Positions 1-9,304 of a stretch of 32,000 nucleotides of DNA are shown piece after piece. The notes under the pieces are model-generated. The model saw only the letters and a list, made by a program, of their open reading frames with translations, did no database searches and was not told the origin of the DNA. Source of the stretch: Synechococcus elongatus PCC 6301 (lineage in GTDB: Bacteria; Cyanobacteriota; Cyanobacteriia; Synechococcales; Synechococcaceae); NCBI RefSeq assembly GCF_000010065.1, contig NC_006576.1, positions 660,001 to 692,000 of the forward strand, given 5' to 3'. The translations under genes and the position numbers were made by a program. Within the stretch, counting starts at the first letter, position 1, and every line of letters starts with the position of its first letter.

Positions 1-120
1 TCAATTAAGTGCTGTTGGAATTACGAGGTTTCTGGATCAATGGTGGCAGCGTGAGCCAGGCTTTCATACTCAGTAGCCCTCTAGCGGCACGCTATTCTCT
101 TGTGGCGTGACCTCAAGACT

Positions 121-987
121 TCACTGCAGGCGCATGCTGATGTCGAGCCAAGGCGATCGCGTGATCGGGGCACTGCTGGAAATGTAATCCACGCCAGTTT
201 CCGCGATCGCTCGGATATTTTCGAGACTGATGTTGCTAGAAACTTCAATCTTGGTGCGGGGAGCACGATCGCGAATGACTTGAACAGCGGCTTGGACTTG
301 GGCAAGATTCATGTTGTCGAGCATGATCACCCCGACGCCTGCGGAGATAGCTTCCATCACCTGCCCAAGGGTCTCGGTTTCGACCTCAATAATTAACGGG
401 AATGGGAGTTGCGATCGCAACTTTTTGATCGCTGCCGCAATACTGCCCCCCGCCGCTGCAATGTGATTGTCTTTCACCATGACGGCATCATCTAAGCCGA
501 GACGGTGATTCGTACCACCGCCGACTCGAGTGGCGTACTTCTCAAGTAACCGCAGACCTGGCGTTGTTTTGCGCGTATCGACAAACTGAGTCGGTAAATC
601 AGCCAGCTGATCGACAAAGCGACGGGTTGCTGTGGCCACCCCGCTTAGCCGCATCGCCACATTAAGAGCCGCCCGCTCACCACTGAGCAGTGAAGCCAGA
701 GGGCCTTCCAACTCAGCAATCACTTGGCCGCTACCGCACGCAAAGCCTTCGGCCAGCTTGGCTGTGCACTTCACCTGCGGATCGAGCAACTGCAACATCC
801 GAAAGGCGATCGGTAAGCCTGCGATGATACCCTCACTTTTGGCAACCCAAGTCGCCTTGCCGGTCGTACCCTCCAGCCCTAAACCTTGGGCTGAGTGATC
901 ACCACGTCCCAAATCTTCGCGCGACCAGTCAGACAGAATCGGGTCGAGCAGGATCCAAGGGGGCAACATGGGGACGATCGCAAACAC
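121..987 (-). CDS. nadC: Nicotinate-nucleotide pyrophosphorylase (quinolinate phosphoribosyltransferase)
   Basis: 288-aa ORF with NadC motifs: 'LNVAMRLSGVATATRRFVD', 'DTRKTTPGLRLLEKYATRVGGGTNHRLGLDDAVMVKDNHI', 'IEVEVET', 'MLDNM', 'EVSNISLENIRAIAETGVDYIS'. Confidence 0.96.
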   Translation of the reverse strand: MFAIVPMLPPWILLDPILSDWSREDLGRGDHSAQGLGLEGTTGKATWVAKSEGIIAGLPIAFRMLQLLDPQVKCTAKLAEGFACGSGQVIAELEGPLASLLSGERAALNVAMRLSGVATATRRFVDQLADLPTQFVDTRKTTPGLRLLEKYATRVGGGTNHRLGLDDAVMVKDNHIAAAGGSIAAAIKKLRSQLPFPLIIEVETETLGQVMEAISAGVGVIMLDNMNLAQVQAAVQVIRDRAPRTKIEVSSNISLENIRAIAETGVDYISSSAPITRSPWLDISMRLQ

Positions 988-1068
988 CGCCTTTTATTGT
1001 CTCCCGCTTTGGAGTCCTAGGAGCAGGTCTGCTACAACGGCAGTGACGGTCTGCTCTGGGGCTTGTTG

Positions 1069-2385
1069 ATGCCGTTCTTGCGTTGTGGGTTGACTCGCTG
1101 GCGATCGCTGCGGCTATTGCCCCTGCTACTCACCCTATTCATCGTCCTTGCGCTCGGCGGGCTCGGAACAGGAACCCAGCGATCAGCCGCTGCGGATTCG
1201 ACCGTTGTGCTGCGAGCGCTGCTACCCGCACCGTTTCGAGAGGCGATGCAACCGGCGATCGCTCGTTTTACGGCTGAACATCCTGAAATTCAGCTGGAAT
1301 TGGTGGCGGGGCCAAATGACACCAGCCTGGTGTCCGACCTCTACACCACCGCTTTTTTGCTTGGGAATGCACCCTACGATTTGGTCTTTCTGGATGTGAC
1401 TTGGCTGCCAAAATTTGTTGCCGCCGGTTGGTTGCTGGATCTGAGCGATCGCGTTTTGCCTGAAATCCAAGCCGAATTTTTGCCCGCAGCTCTGAATGGC
1501 AGTTTTTATCGCGATCGCCTCTATCGCCTGCCTTTGAATGCGGCGGTTGGGCTGCTTTACTACCGGCAGGACTTGATGCCCGAGCCGCCCCAAACTTTCA
1601 CGGAGCTGGTGCAGCGATCGCAACAACTGCAAGCGCAGGGAGTCGTGCCTTGGGGCTACGTTTGGCAGGGCAAACAGTACGAGGGCTTAGTCTGCAACTT
1701 TCTAGAAGTGCTGGCGGGCTTTGGCGGCTACTGGATTGATCCACAAACCGGCGAGGTTGGATTGGATCATCCCGAAGCGATCGCGGCGGCGGATTGGCTG
1801 CACAGCACGATCACCGACCAGATTTCGCCCGCGGGGGTCAGCACCTTTCAGGAGAATGAAGCACTCAAGCTGTTTGAAACCGGTCAGAGTGCCTTTATGC
1901 GCAACTGGCCCTATGCGGAAATGCTGCTGGAGCGACCGGAATCGGCAGTGCGGGGCAAGGTCGGGATTGCGCCGATGGTCCATGCGCCCGGCCAAACCAG
2001 TGCTGCCACCCAAGGAACTTGGGGTGTGGGCATTGCCCAGCAAACGGAGCATCCTGAAGCGGCGTTAACCGCATTGTTAGCACTGACCGATGCTGAGTCA
2101 CAACGCTTGATCAGCCTTGGTTCTAACTACATTCCAACGCGATCGGCGCTCTATCAAGATCCCGAATTGCTGGCGCGCTATCCCTTCTATGCGACACTGC
2201 CGCCCATTTTGGAATCAACGGTGCTGCGATCGCCGCTACCCGCCTACGATGCTCTGTCGGATATTCTGCAGCGTCACCTGAGTGCAGCCATCAGCGGCCA
2301 AACGCCCGTTGCGATCGCCCTGCAACAGGCTGCGCGGGAGTCTCGTCAGTTGCTCACCAGTCAGCAAGGAGCAACAGCCTCATGA
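1069..2385 (+). CDS. ABC transporter extracellular substrate-binding protein (carbohydrate/osmolyte, family 1 type)
   Basis: N-terminal hydrophobic signal sequence, then 'EIQLELVAGPNDTSLVSDLYTTAFLLGNAPYDLVFLDVTWLPKFVAAGWLLDL'; followed directly by two permease genes and an ATPase gene. ORF track opens at 1063 (TTG); ATG at 1069. Confidence 0.88.
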   Translation: MPFLRCGLTRWRSLRLLPLLLTLFIVLALGGLGTGTQRSAAADSTVVLRALLPAPFREAMQPAIARFTAEHPEIQLELVAGPNDTSLVSDLYTTAFLLGNAPYDLVFLDVTWLPKFVAAGWLLDLSDRVLPEIQAEFLPAALNGSFYRDRLYRLPLNAAVGLLYYRQDLMPEPPQTFTELVQRSQQLQAQGVVPWGYVWQGKQYEGLVCNFLEVLAGFGGYWIDPQTGEVGLDHPEAIAAADWLHSTITDQISPAGVSTFQENEALKLFETGQSAFMRNWPYAEMLLERPESAVRGKVGIAPMVHAPGQTSAATQGTWGVGIAQQTEHPEAALTALLALTDAESQRLISLGSNYIPTRSALYQDPELLARYPFYATLPPILESTVLRSPLPAYDALSDILQRHLSAAISGQTPVAIALQQAARESRQLLTSQQGATAS

Positions 2386-3260
2386 CTCATCCGCCTCGTT
2401 GGCTCACCATCCCGGCTCTCCTGACCATTACCGGTGTGTTTGCCTATCCCCTACTGCGGGCTGCTTGGCTGAGTTTGCAAGCGCTGAATCTCAATACCCA
2501 GTTGCAGCCGGTCTTCATCGGCCTAGCGAACTACCAGCGACTTTGGGGTGACAGCCGCTTTTGGGGTGACCTGTTCAACACCACTGTCTTTACAGTCACC
2601 TCCGTCAGTCTGGAGCTGGTCTTGGGACTGGCGATCGCGCTGCTCTTGCATCAACCGAGCCGCTGGCGCGGCCCTTTGCGAACGATCGCGCTTTTACCGT
2701 GGGTGCTGCCGACAGCGGTGATGGCCTTAGGCTGGGCTTGGATTTTTAACGATCCCTACGGCGTCTGGAATGACTGGTTGCAGCAGCTGGGTTGGATTGC
2801 AGCCCCGATCAACTGGCTGGGCAATCCGCGCTGGGCTTGGCTGACCTTGGTGGCGGCCGACGTTTGGAAGACCACACCGTTTGTGGCGATTCTGCTGCTG
2901 GCAGGGCGTCAGGCAATTCCTGAGGATCTCTACGAAGCCCACTGTCTGGAAGGGGCAACGGCTTGGCAGAGCTTTTGGCAGATCACCCTGCCTTTACTGC
3001 GTCCACAGCTGGCGATCGCGCTTTTATTTCGATCGGCTCAAGCCTTTGGTCTATTCGATCTGGTCAAAGTGATGACGGGAGGCGGGCCAGCGAACTCAAC
3101 GGAAACCTTAGCGCTCTATGCCTACACCACCGCGCTGCGCTACCTCGACTTTGGCTACGGCGCGACGTTGGCGATCGTGACAGCTGCAATCCTCGCCGCT
3201 GGCCTCGGTCTGATCTGGGGCTTGGGTCGATCGCGTTCCACCCCGTCGGGAGGACTGTGA
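2382..3260 (+). CDS. ABC sugar-type permease (MalF/UgpA-like)
   Basis: 292-aa polytopic membrane protein with 'EAHCLEGATAWQSFWQITLPLLRPQLAIA' (EAA loop); 4-nt overlap with upstream SBP gene. Confidence 0.9.
   Translation: MTHPPRWLTIPALLTITGVFAYPLLRAAWLSLQALNLNTQLQPVFIGLANYQRLWGDSRFWGDLFNTTVFTVTSVSLELVLGLAIALLLHQPSRWRGPLRTIALLPWVLPTAVMALGWAWIFNDPYGVWNDWLQQLGWIAAPINWLGNPRWAWLTLVAADVWKTTPFVAILLLAGRQAIPEDLYEAHCLEGATAWQSFWQITLPLLRPQLAIALLFRSAQAFGLFDLVKVMTGGGPANSTETLALYAYTTALRYLDFGYGATLAIVTAAILAAGLGLIWGLGRSRSTPSGGL
2631..2638. repeat. Example of the HIP1 octamer GCGATCGC, found repeatedly through the window
   Basis: GCGATCGC seen here and at many other positions in coding and non-coding DNA; not exhaustively counted. 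Confidence 0.9.
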
Positions 3261-4087
3261 TGAAACCTCGATTCCGCTGGGCGATCGCTGCTCTCGCCCT
3301 CAGTCTGTTCTCCCTTGCGCCAATCCTCTGGCAGCTCCTGACCTCGATCAAGGTCAACGCTGACATCGCCGCCATTCCCACGATCTACTGGCCCCGCCAG
3401 TGGACGGTGGAACATTACCAAGCCCTCTGGCAACAGACCCCCGCTTTTGGTCGCTATTTACTGAACAGCGCCGTAGTCTCTGCTATTGCGACTCTCGCAG
3501 CTCTGCTGATCGGAACACCCTGCGCCTACGCGATCGCCCGCCGCCGCGATCGCAGCAGTCAAGTCTTGGTAGGAAGCCTACTGCTGGTGACCCTGTTCCC
3601 CTACGTTCTGCTGTTTCAAGGACTGCTGGAAGTGGTGCGCTGGTTGCAGTGGGGTAATAACTACGCAGCGCTAGTGGTGCCCTACACGGCGCTGAATCTG
3701 CCGCTGGTGATTCTGCTGCTGCGCAGCTTTTTTGAGCAACTGCCGCCGGAGCTGGAGGAAGCCGCTCAGATCGACGGGCTCTCGCTGGGGCAGCGGCTTT
3801 GGCTGATTTTGGTTCCGCTGACGGCTCCAGCGTTAGTGACAGCAGGTATCCTCGCTTTCATCTTTTCTTGGAATGAATACGTTTTGGCCCTCAGTTTTAT
3901 TTCCCAGCAAGCGCTGAAAACTGTGCCGATCGCCGTGGCCGAAATTGGCGGCATCTCAATTTTTGATGTGCCCTACGGTGACATTGCAGCCGCTACCGTA
4001 GTGGCGACGCTGCCCTTGATCGGTTTAGTCTTGGTGGCGCAACGGCGCATCCTAGAAGGATTAACAGCCGGAGCAGTGAAGGGCTAA
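3260..4087 (+). CDS. ABC sugar-type permease (MalG/UgpE-like)
   Basis: Starts at ATG 3260 overlapping the TGA of the previous gene; 'MKPRFRWAIAALALSLFSLAPILWQLLTSIK', 'EEAAQIDGLSLGQRLWLILVPLTAPALVTAGILAFIFSWNEYVLAL'. The ORF track's extension back to 2963 overlaps the first permease and is unlikely to be translated. Confidence 0.9.
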   Translation: MKPRFRWAIAALALSLFSLAPILWQLLTSIKVNADIAAIPTIYWPRQWTVEHYQALWQQTPAFGRYLLNSAVVSAIATLAALLIGTPCAYAIARRRDRSSQVLVGSLLLVTLFPYVLLFQGLLEVVRWLQWGNNYAALVVPYTALNLPLVILLLRSFFEQLPPELEEAAQIDGLSLGQRLWLILVPLTAPALVTAGILAFIFSWNEYVLALSFISQQALKTVPIAVAEIGGISIFDVPYGDIAAATVVATLPLIGLVLVAQRRILEGLTAGAVKG

Positions 4088-4091
4088 ATCT

Positions 4092-5159
4092 ATGGCGTCA
4101 TTTGCCCTCGAACTGCGTCAACTGCGCAAAGCCTACAGCCCAAGCGTGGTGCCGGTGGCGAACCTGTCGCTCCAGCTCCAGCCCGGTGAATTTCTAACGC
4201 TGCTGGGACCGTCTGGTTGCGGTAAGTCCACGACCCTGCGCCTGATTGCCGGCTTGGATCAACCCACGAGCGGCAGTATTTGGCTGGGCGATCGCGAGAT
4301 CACGACCTTGCCACCGGGCGATCGCGATATGGCCATGGTTTTCCAGAGCTATGCCCTCTATCCACATCTCAACGTGCGCCAAAACTTGACGCTGGGTCTA
4401 CAAATTCGTCGCACGTCCGCCGCAGAAATTGAGCAGCGCCTGCAACAGGTCGCCCACAATCTTGAGCTGGATCATCTGCTCGATCGCCGACCGGCCCAGC
4501 TCAGTGGCGGTCAGCGCCAGCGAGTCGCCTTAGGAAGAGCCCTCGTGCGGCAACCCTCGGTTTTCCTGCTCGATGAACCCCTCAGTAATTTGGATGCGCT
4601 ACTGCGCGAGCAAGTGCGTGCCCAGATGAAAGCGCTGTTTAGTCAGCAAGCCTCGCCGGTGGTCTACGTCACCCATGACCAAACCGAAGCGCTGAGTTTA
4701 TCGCACCGGATTGCCATTCTCAATGGTGGGCATCTGCAGCAACTCGACAGCCCCGATCGCATCTACCAAGCACCCGCCAATGCCTTTGTCGCTGGCTTCA
4801 TCGGCAGTCCCCGCATGAATCTGCTGCCACTTCCCATTCACTCCGGTCAGGCTTGGTTGGGATCACGCGCCTTGCCAATCCCCTCTCATCTCGCGGCGCG
4901 ATCGCAGGTTTTGTGGGGATTGCGACCCGAACATCTCAAACTGGCGACCCCAGAGGTTGAGCGAGCGATTCCGGTTCAGCTGCACTTGACTGAGAATCTA
5001 GGGATGCAGCGCTTGTTGACCGTGGCGATCGCAGCGAATCCTGAAGTACGCCTCCGCCTGCTGATGCCCAGCGATCAACCCATTCCCACGGATCTACAGG
5101 TCACGTTCGAACCTGAAAGTCAGCACTGGTTTTGCCCATCCACCGGCGATCGCCTGTAG
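4092..5159 (+). CDS. ABC transporter ATP-binding protein (MalK/UgpC/GgtA-like)
   Basis: Walker A 'GPSGCGKST', signature 'LSGGQRQRVALGRALVRQPSVFLLDEPLSNLD', H-loop 'YVTHDQTEAL', C-terminal region consistent with a TOBE-type domain ('WGLRPEHLKL'). Confidence 0.93.
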   Translation: MASFALELRQLRKAYSPSVVPVANLSLQLQPGEFLTLLGPSGCGKSTTLRLIAGLDQPTSGSIWLGDREITTLPPGDRDMAMVFQSYALYPHLNVRQNLTLGLQIRRTSAAEIEQRLQQVAHNLELDHLLDRRPAQLSGGQRQRVALGRALVRQPSVFLLDEPLSNLDALLREQVRAQMKALFSQQASPVVYVTHDQTEALSLSHRIAILNGGHLQQLDSPDRIYQAPANAFVAGFIGSPRMNLLPLPIHSGQAWLGSRALPIPSHLAARSQVLWGLRPEHLKLATPEVERAIPVQLHLTENLGMQRLLTVAIAANPEVRLRLLMPSDQPIPTDLQVTFEPESQHWFCPSTGDRL

Positions 5160-5177
5160 GTCTCAGGACCTACGGAC

Positions 5178-6665
5178 TCAATTGCAGCGTTGTTCTTGCC
5201 GCAGGAAGGTATCAGCTTCAGGCTGTGCTCCCGGATCAATTTGCCGCGCCGCCCGTAACCCTGACTCGATCGCCCCTTCGACCCAGCCGGACTTCATTGT
5301 TGTGAAATCACCTGCGAAGTGAATTAAGCCCTCTGGCGTCGTCCACTCACGAATCATCCAGGCTCCGCCGAGCGGTGGCCCACCAAAGGAGCCCCGAATC
5401 CAAGGTTGTTCCCCCCAGGCAAAATCAGCCAGCGTCACCACTTCATCAAACAAGTCCGGTAGATCGGAGCGGAACTGATCGACGATTGCCTGTGCCCGCT
5501 CTGACTTGGGCCGAGCCAGCATGGCATCCTTGTTGCGACCATTGAGGTAGAAGAAGGTATTGCCATAGCCCCCGCCCTCGTTACCTGTAATATCGATCAC
5601 CCGTTCCCAAGGGCGATCGGAACCAGCCATGGGCCAGCCGTGGACATTCTGAGCCAACCAAACAGGCGATCGCGTCTGGGCAATCACCTTGACGGTTTGC
5701 TCCCATTCCATCTCGGCAAACATGCGCCGTTTCCCAGCCGACCAGCCGGGCCGAACTGCAACTTCTGGCAGAACCGTGAAGGGAATGGTCGAGATAATGG
5801 CGTCTCCCTGAAACGTCCGTCCATCTTTGACCGTGACCGTCGCCCGATTAGCCTGCTGATCGATCGCGACAACAGGAGCGTCTAGGATGAAGCGTTCCGA
5901 GCCGATTGCGGCAGCCATTGCCTTAGGCAGCCGATCGTTACCCCCTTGGATACGAAACAAATTTTGATCACCGAAATGGTAGGCCAAATCGGGAATCACG
6001 CCCAAAGCAGGTGAGCTGCTGGTGAAAGTCCCACCGTGGGCATCAAGTAGCTGAATAAAAGCCTCAGAGCCCCCGACTTGGCGGATGAGCTGGGACAGCG
6101 TCAGATTATCGAGTTGCTGAATGGCTTGAGCATCGGGCCAATTGGCATCCAGCACCGTATCGGTGTCGAGCCCATTCAGAATCAAGTAAGTGTTCAGAAG
6201 TGAGGCGACACTGACTCGTCGCTCTTGCGGGGCTAAATCCCAAGGCCAGCGACTCAGATCTGCCGCATCCGCTGTCTTGCCGTCGAACAGATACCGAGGC
6301 AAGCCATCGTTGAGGGTCAGCAAGGGTAGTTTGAAGTGTCGGATGTAGCTGAGTACGTAGGGCATGTTGGCTCGAAAGTGCCCACCGCCTGCCTCGCTGA
6401 ACTGACCGCCCTTCAACGGCACCGACAGTAGTCGCCCGCCAATTCGGTTTTGGTATTCAATGACCGTAACTTGGTGACCCCGCCGGAGTAACGACAGCGC
6501 CGCCGTCAAGCCTGCCATGCCAGCCCCAAGCACCAACACCGATCGCTTTCTAACTGGCGTAGAGCGAGTCTGGGCTTGTCCTCCTGCCGCCAACGTGCCA
6601 GCGAGTCCGGTCGTTGCTGCCGCACCGAGACTTGACTGCAGAAAACGACGACGGCTAAAGCGCAT
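5178..6665 (-). CDS. Tat-exported FAD-dependent flavin amine oxidase (L-amino acid oxidase type)
   Basis: Twin-arginine leader 'MRFSRRRFLQSSLGAAATTGLAGTLAAGG', dinucleotide-binding motif 'VLVLGAGMAGLTAALSLLRRGHQVTVIEYQNRIGGRL', C-terminal 'GLIHFAGDFTTMKSGWVEGAIESGLRAA'. Substrate not determinable from sequence alone. Confidence 0.88.
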   Translation of the reverse strand: MRFSRRRFLQSSLGAAATTGLAGTLAAGGQAQTRSTPVRKRSVLVLGAGMAGLTAALSLLRRGHQVTVIEYQNRIGGRLLSVPLKGGQFSEAGGGHFRANMPYVLSYIRHFKLPLLTLNDGLPRYLFDGKTADAADLSRWPWDLAPQERRVSVASLLNTYLILNGLDTDTVLDANWPDAQAIQQLDNLTLSQLIRQVGGSEAFIQLLDAHGGTFTSSSPALGVIPDLAYHFGDQNLFRIQGGNDRLPKAMAAAIGSERFILDAPVVAIDQQANRATVTVKDGRTFQGDAIISTIPFTVLPEVAVRPGWSAGKRRMFAEMEWEQTVKVIAQTRSPVWLAQNVHGWPMAGSDRPWERVIDITGNEGGGYGNTFFYLNGRNKDAMLARPKSERAQAIVDQFRSDLPDLFDEVVTLADFAWGEQPWIRGSFGGPPLGGAWMIREWTTPEGLIHFAGDFTTMKSGWVEGAIESGLRAARQIDPGAQPEADTFLRQEQRCN

Positions 6666-6993
6666 GGAGCCACCAGTCCTTAGGGCAAAGGGAAATTGAG
6701 CTTGGGTCAGACAATGAACTCAGCCGGACAGAATCTAGCTGAGCAGCTACGAAGCACTGTCTCGCTGACTCTAGGGCTGCCAATGAACAATGCTGTTTTC
6801 AACAGCTTTAGATATATCACCCGTTTCTATTGGCTTCTGGGTTTAGAAATGCTCAGTAACATTCAGAGCAAGAGCCAGTTAGCACAGTGATCAAGGAGTG
6901 AGCGTTCAATCAGCTTTTGAGCAAAACAGTACCTCTTGTTTCTCGTTGCCTTGACGCTACAGTAACGATAGTCCTCAAGTCCGATCGCAGAAT

Positions 6994-8013
6994 TTGTCCA
7001 TGACTGTAATCTCCTCCAATCTAGGTGCTAGTTCTTTGGTGCCAACCTTTACTGACTGCTTGCGATCGCCCCTCACAAAAGCACACATTCATACTCTCCA
7101 GATCAACTTGGGGAAGCGCTGTAATTTAGCCTGCAGTCACTGTCATGTCGAAGCAGGGCCGAAACGAACGGAAGAACTGACAGAGGAGGTCTGTCAACAA
7201 CTGATTCAGTTAATTCAAAAACATCCAGAAATTCAAGTTATTGACTTAACAGGTGGTGCGCCGGAAATGCTCTATGGCTTTCGGCCTTTGGTAGAAGCTG
7301 CTCGTCAAGCAAACAAAACGGTGATTGTGCGATCGAACCTCACGATTTACTTTGAGCCAGGTTTTGAGGACTTACCTGAGTATTGTGCTGACAAACAGGT
7401 GCGGATTGTCGCTTCACTTCCCTGCTATTTGTCTGACAATGTTGACAAGATGCGCGGCCATGGCGTTTATGATGCTTCGATCCGAGCTTTACAAAAACTA
7501 ACTGAATTGGGCTATGGCAGTCAGCCTCAGTTAGTCCTTGATCTAGTCTATAATCCGCCACTGCCAACGCAAGAAAAGCAATTCCGACTCACACCCAATC
7601 AAATCAGTCTTGAGCAAGACTATAAGACTTTCTTACAGGAAAAATTCAGCATTCAGTTTAATCATCTTTTGACAATCACTAATCTCCCAATTGGCCGAAC
7701 AGGTCAGTTCCTCAAGCGACAAGATCTCTACGGAAAGTATCTACAGTTTCTCTCTGATCACTTTAATTCTGAAACTGTCGAAGGTTTAATGTGTCGCCAC
7801 CAGCTTTCGGTCGATTATCAGGGCCAAATTTATGATTGCGACTTTAATCAAATGGCAGAGGTTCCTGCGCTGAATCAGCAGGGCAATCCCCTTACAGTGG
7901 CGAATTTGCTCGCCAGCGATCGCCTCGATTTAATCTCTACGATTCAAACGCGCGATTACTGCTACGGCTGCACAGCAGGTTCTGGTTCTAGCTGTGGCGG
8001 TGCTTTACTGTAA
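6994..8013 (+). CDS. arsS: Arsenosugar biosynthesis radical SAM protein ArsS-like
   Basis: Radical SAM motif 'CNLACSHCHVEAGPKRTEEL' (CxxxCxxC), 'DLTGGAPEM', C-terminal Cys-rich 'CRHQLSVDYQGQIYDCDFNQM' and 'TRDYCYGCTAGSGSSCGGAL' typical of the family with a DUF3641 C-terminal domain. Confidence 0.82.
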   Translation: MSMTVISSNLGASSLVPTFTDCLRSPLTKAHIHTLQINLGKRCNLACSHCHVEAGPKRTEELTEEVCQQLIQLIQKHPEIQVIDLTGGAPEMLYGFRPLVEAARQANKTVIVRSNLTIYFEPGFEDLPEYCADKQVRIVASLPCYLSDNVDKMRGHGVYDASIRALQKLTELGYGSQPQLVLDLVYNPPLPTQEKQFRLTPNQISLEQDYKTFLQEKFSIQFNHLLTITNLPIGRTGQFLKRQDLYGKYLQFLSDHFNSETVEGLMCRHQLSVDYQGQIYDCDFNQMAEVPALNQQGNPLTVANLLASDRLDLISTIQTRDYCYGCTAGSGSSCGGALL

Positions 8014-8065
8014 GGCAGCCTGGGTAACCAACATTGTTGGATCAACAGCCAGTGAAAAGTTGCGA

Positions 8066-9304
8066 TCAAACAGTTTTGGTAACTTTCTGCAGAAAATCAC
8101 CGAGTAGATAAAGTGATCCACAAAAGACGATCGCTTCTGGATAGGTTTGGGCAATTGCCAGTCCCTCTGCCCAATCAGCCGCCGTTGAGGCGATCGCCCC
8201 CTGCGCTGCTGCCCAAGTTTGCAATTCCTCAGACGACCAACAATCATGGTCAGGCACCGGAATGGCAATACAGCGATCGCCCGATCGCAAAAGAGTTGCC
8301 AAAACCGCTTGCGCATCCTTGGCTCGCAGCATGCCAATCAGCCAGGTGATTGATTGATTCGGTAAAAGTTGATCGACCGCTTGACGCAAAGCGATCGCCG
8401 CCTCCGGATTATGCGCCCCATCAATCAGCAGTCGCCGACCTTGATAATCCAGCCATTGCAAGCGACCGGGCCAGTCAGTATCGGCTAACCCTTGGGCGAT
8501 CGCAGCATCTTGTAATCCCCAGCCCTGTTGCTGGAGCTGTCGCAAAATCGCGATCGCGATCGCCGAGTTGATTCGCTGGACATCACCAATCAGACCCGAC
8601 TGATAGGTCAGTCCTTGACTCTGCCACAGTCCTGATTCGATGACTGTTGCGGGTTCGATCGCGATCATCAGTGCTTGTAATTGCTCAGCTCGATTGCGAA
8701 TTACGGTTCTCGCTTCTGGTAGCAGTGGGCCTACAACCACGGGACAGCGCGATTTGATGATCCCGGCTTTTTCAGCCGCGATCGCCCCTAAGGTCGGGCC
8801 TAAAACTGCTTGATGGTCGTGACCAATGCTGGTGATCGCCGTGACGAGAGGTTGTGCAACAACATTCGTTGCATCCAAGCGTCCACCTAGCCCCGTCTCG
8901 ATCACCACAATATCGAGATCACTGTCAGCGAGGACGAGCCATACCGCTGCCGTCAGCAACTCAAACGGCGTTAGGTCAATGCCATCAGCAGCAGCCAACA
9001 CGGTCTGAACCGCCTCCAGCAAGCGATCGCTACTAACTTGCTGACCGTTTAGTTGCAGGCGTTCGCACCAGCTGATCAAGTGCGGCGAGGTGTAGCGCCC
9101 GACTCGATAGCCGTTCGCCCGCAAGGCCGTATCGACAAACGCACAGGTTGAGCCTTTGCCGTTGGTGCCGGCGATATGGACGATTGGTATTTGATTTTGG
9201 GGATTGCCTAGCCGCTCCAAAACGGTCAGGCTGCGATCGAGCCCCAGATCAACGCCTCGCTGAGCAAACGAACCCAGCAGGCGATCGAGTTCCGCCAGAC
9301 TCAT
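8066..9304 (-). CDS. folC: Bifunctional folylpolyglutamate / dihydrofolate synthase
   Basis: 'IPIVHIAGTNGKGSTCAFVDTALRANGYRVGRYTSPHL', 'VIETGLGGRLDATNVV', 'TSIGHDHQAVLGPTLGAIAAEKAGIIK', 'DGAHNPEAA'. ATGA overlap with argD. Confidence 0.95.
   Translation of the reverse strand: MSLAELDRLLGSFAQRGVDLGLDRSLTVLERLGNPQNQIPIVHIAGTNGKGSTCAFVDTALRANGYRVGRYTSPHLISWCERLQLNGQQVSSDRLLEAVQTVLAAADGIDLTPFELLTAAVWLVLADSDLDIVVIETGLGGRLDATNVVAQPLVTAITSIGHDHQAVLGPTLGAIAAEKAGIIKSRCPVVVGPLLPEARTVIRNRAEQLQALMIAIEPATVIESGLWQSQGLTYQSGLIGDVQRINSAIAIAILRQLQQQGWGLQDAAIAQGLADTDWPGRLQWLDYQGRRLLIDGAHNPEAAIALRQAVDQLLPNQSITWLIGMLRAKDAQAVLATLLRSGDRCIAIPVPDHDCWSSEELQTWAAAQGAIASTAADWAEGLAIAQTYPEAIVFCGSLYLLGDFLQKVTKTV

Noticed and set aside
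2963-3259. Upstream extension of the second permease ORF
   Set aside because: Overlaps the first permease in another frame; the ATG at 3260, overlapping the previous stop, is the expected start.
6696-6890. 64-aa plus-strand ORF upstream of arsS
   Set aside because: TTG start, no clear ribosome-binding site or recognised domain; translation cannot be supported from sequence alone.
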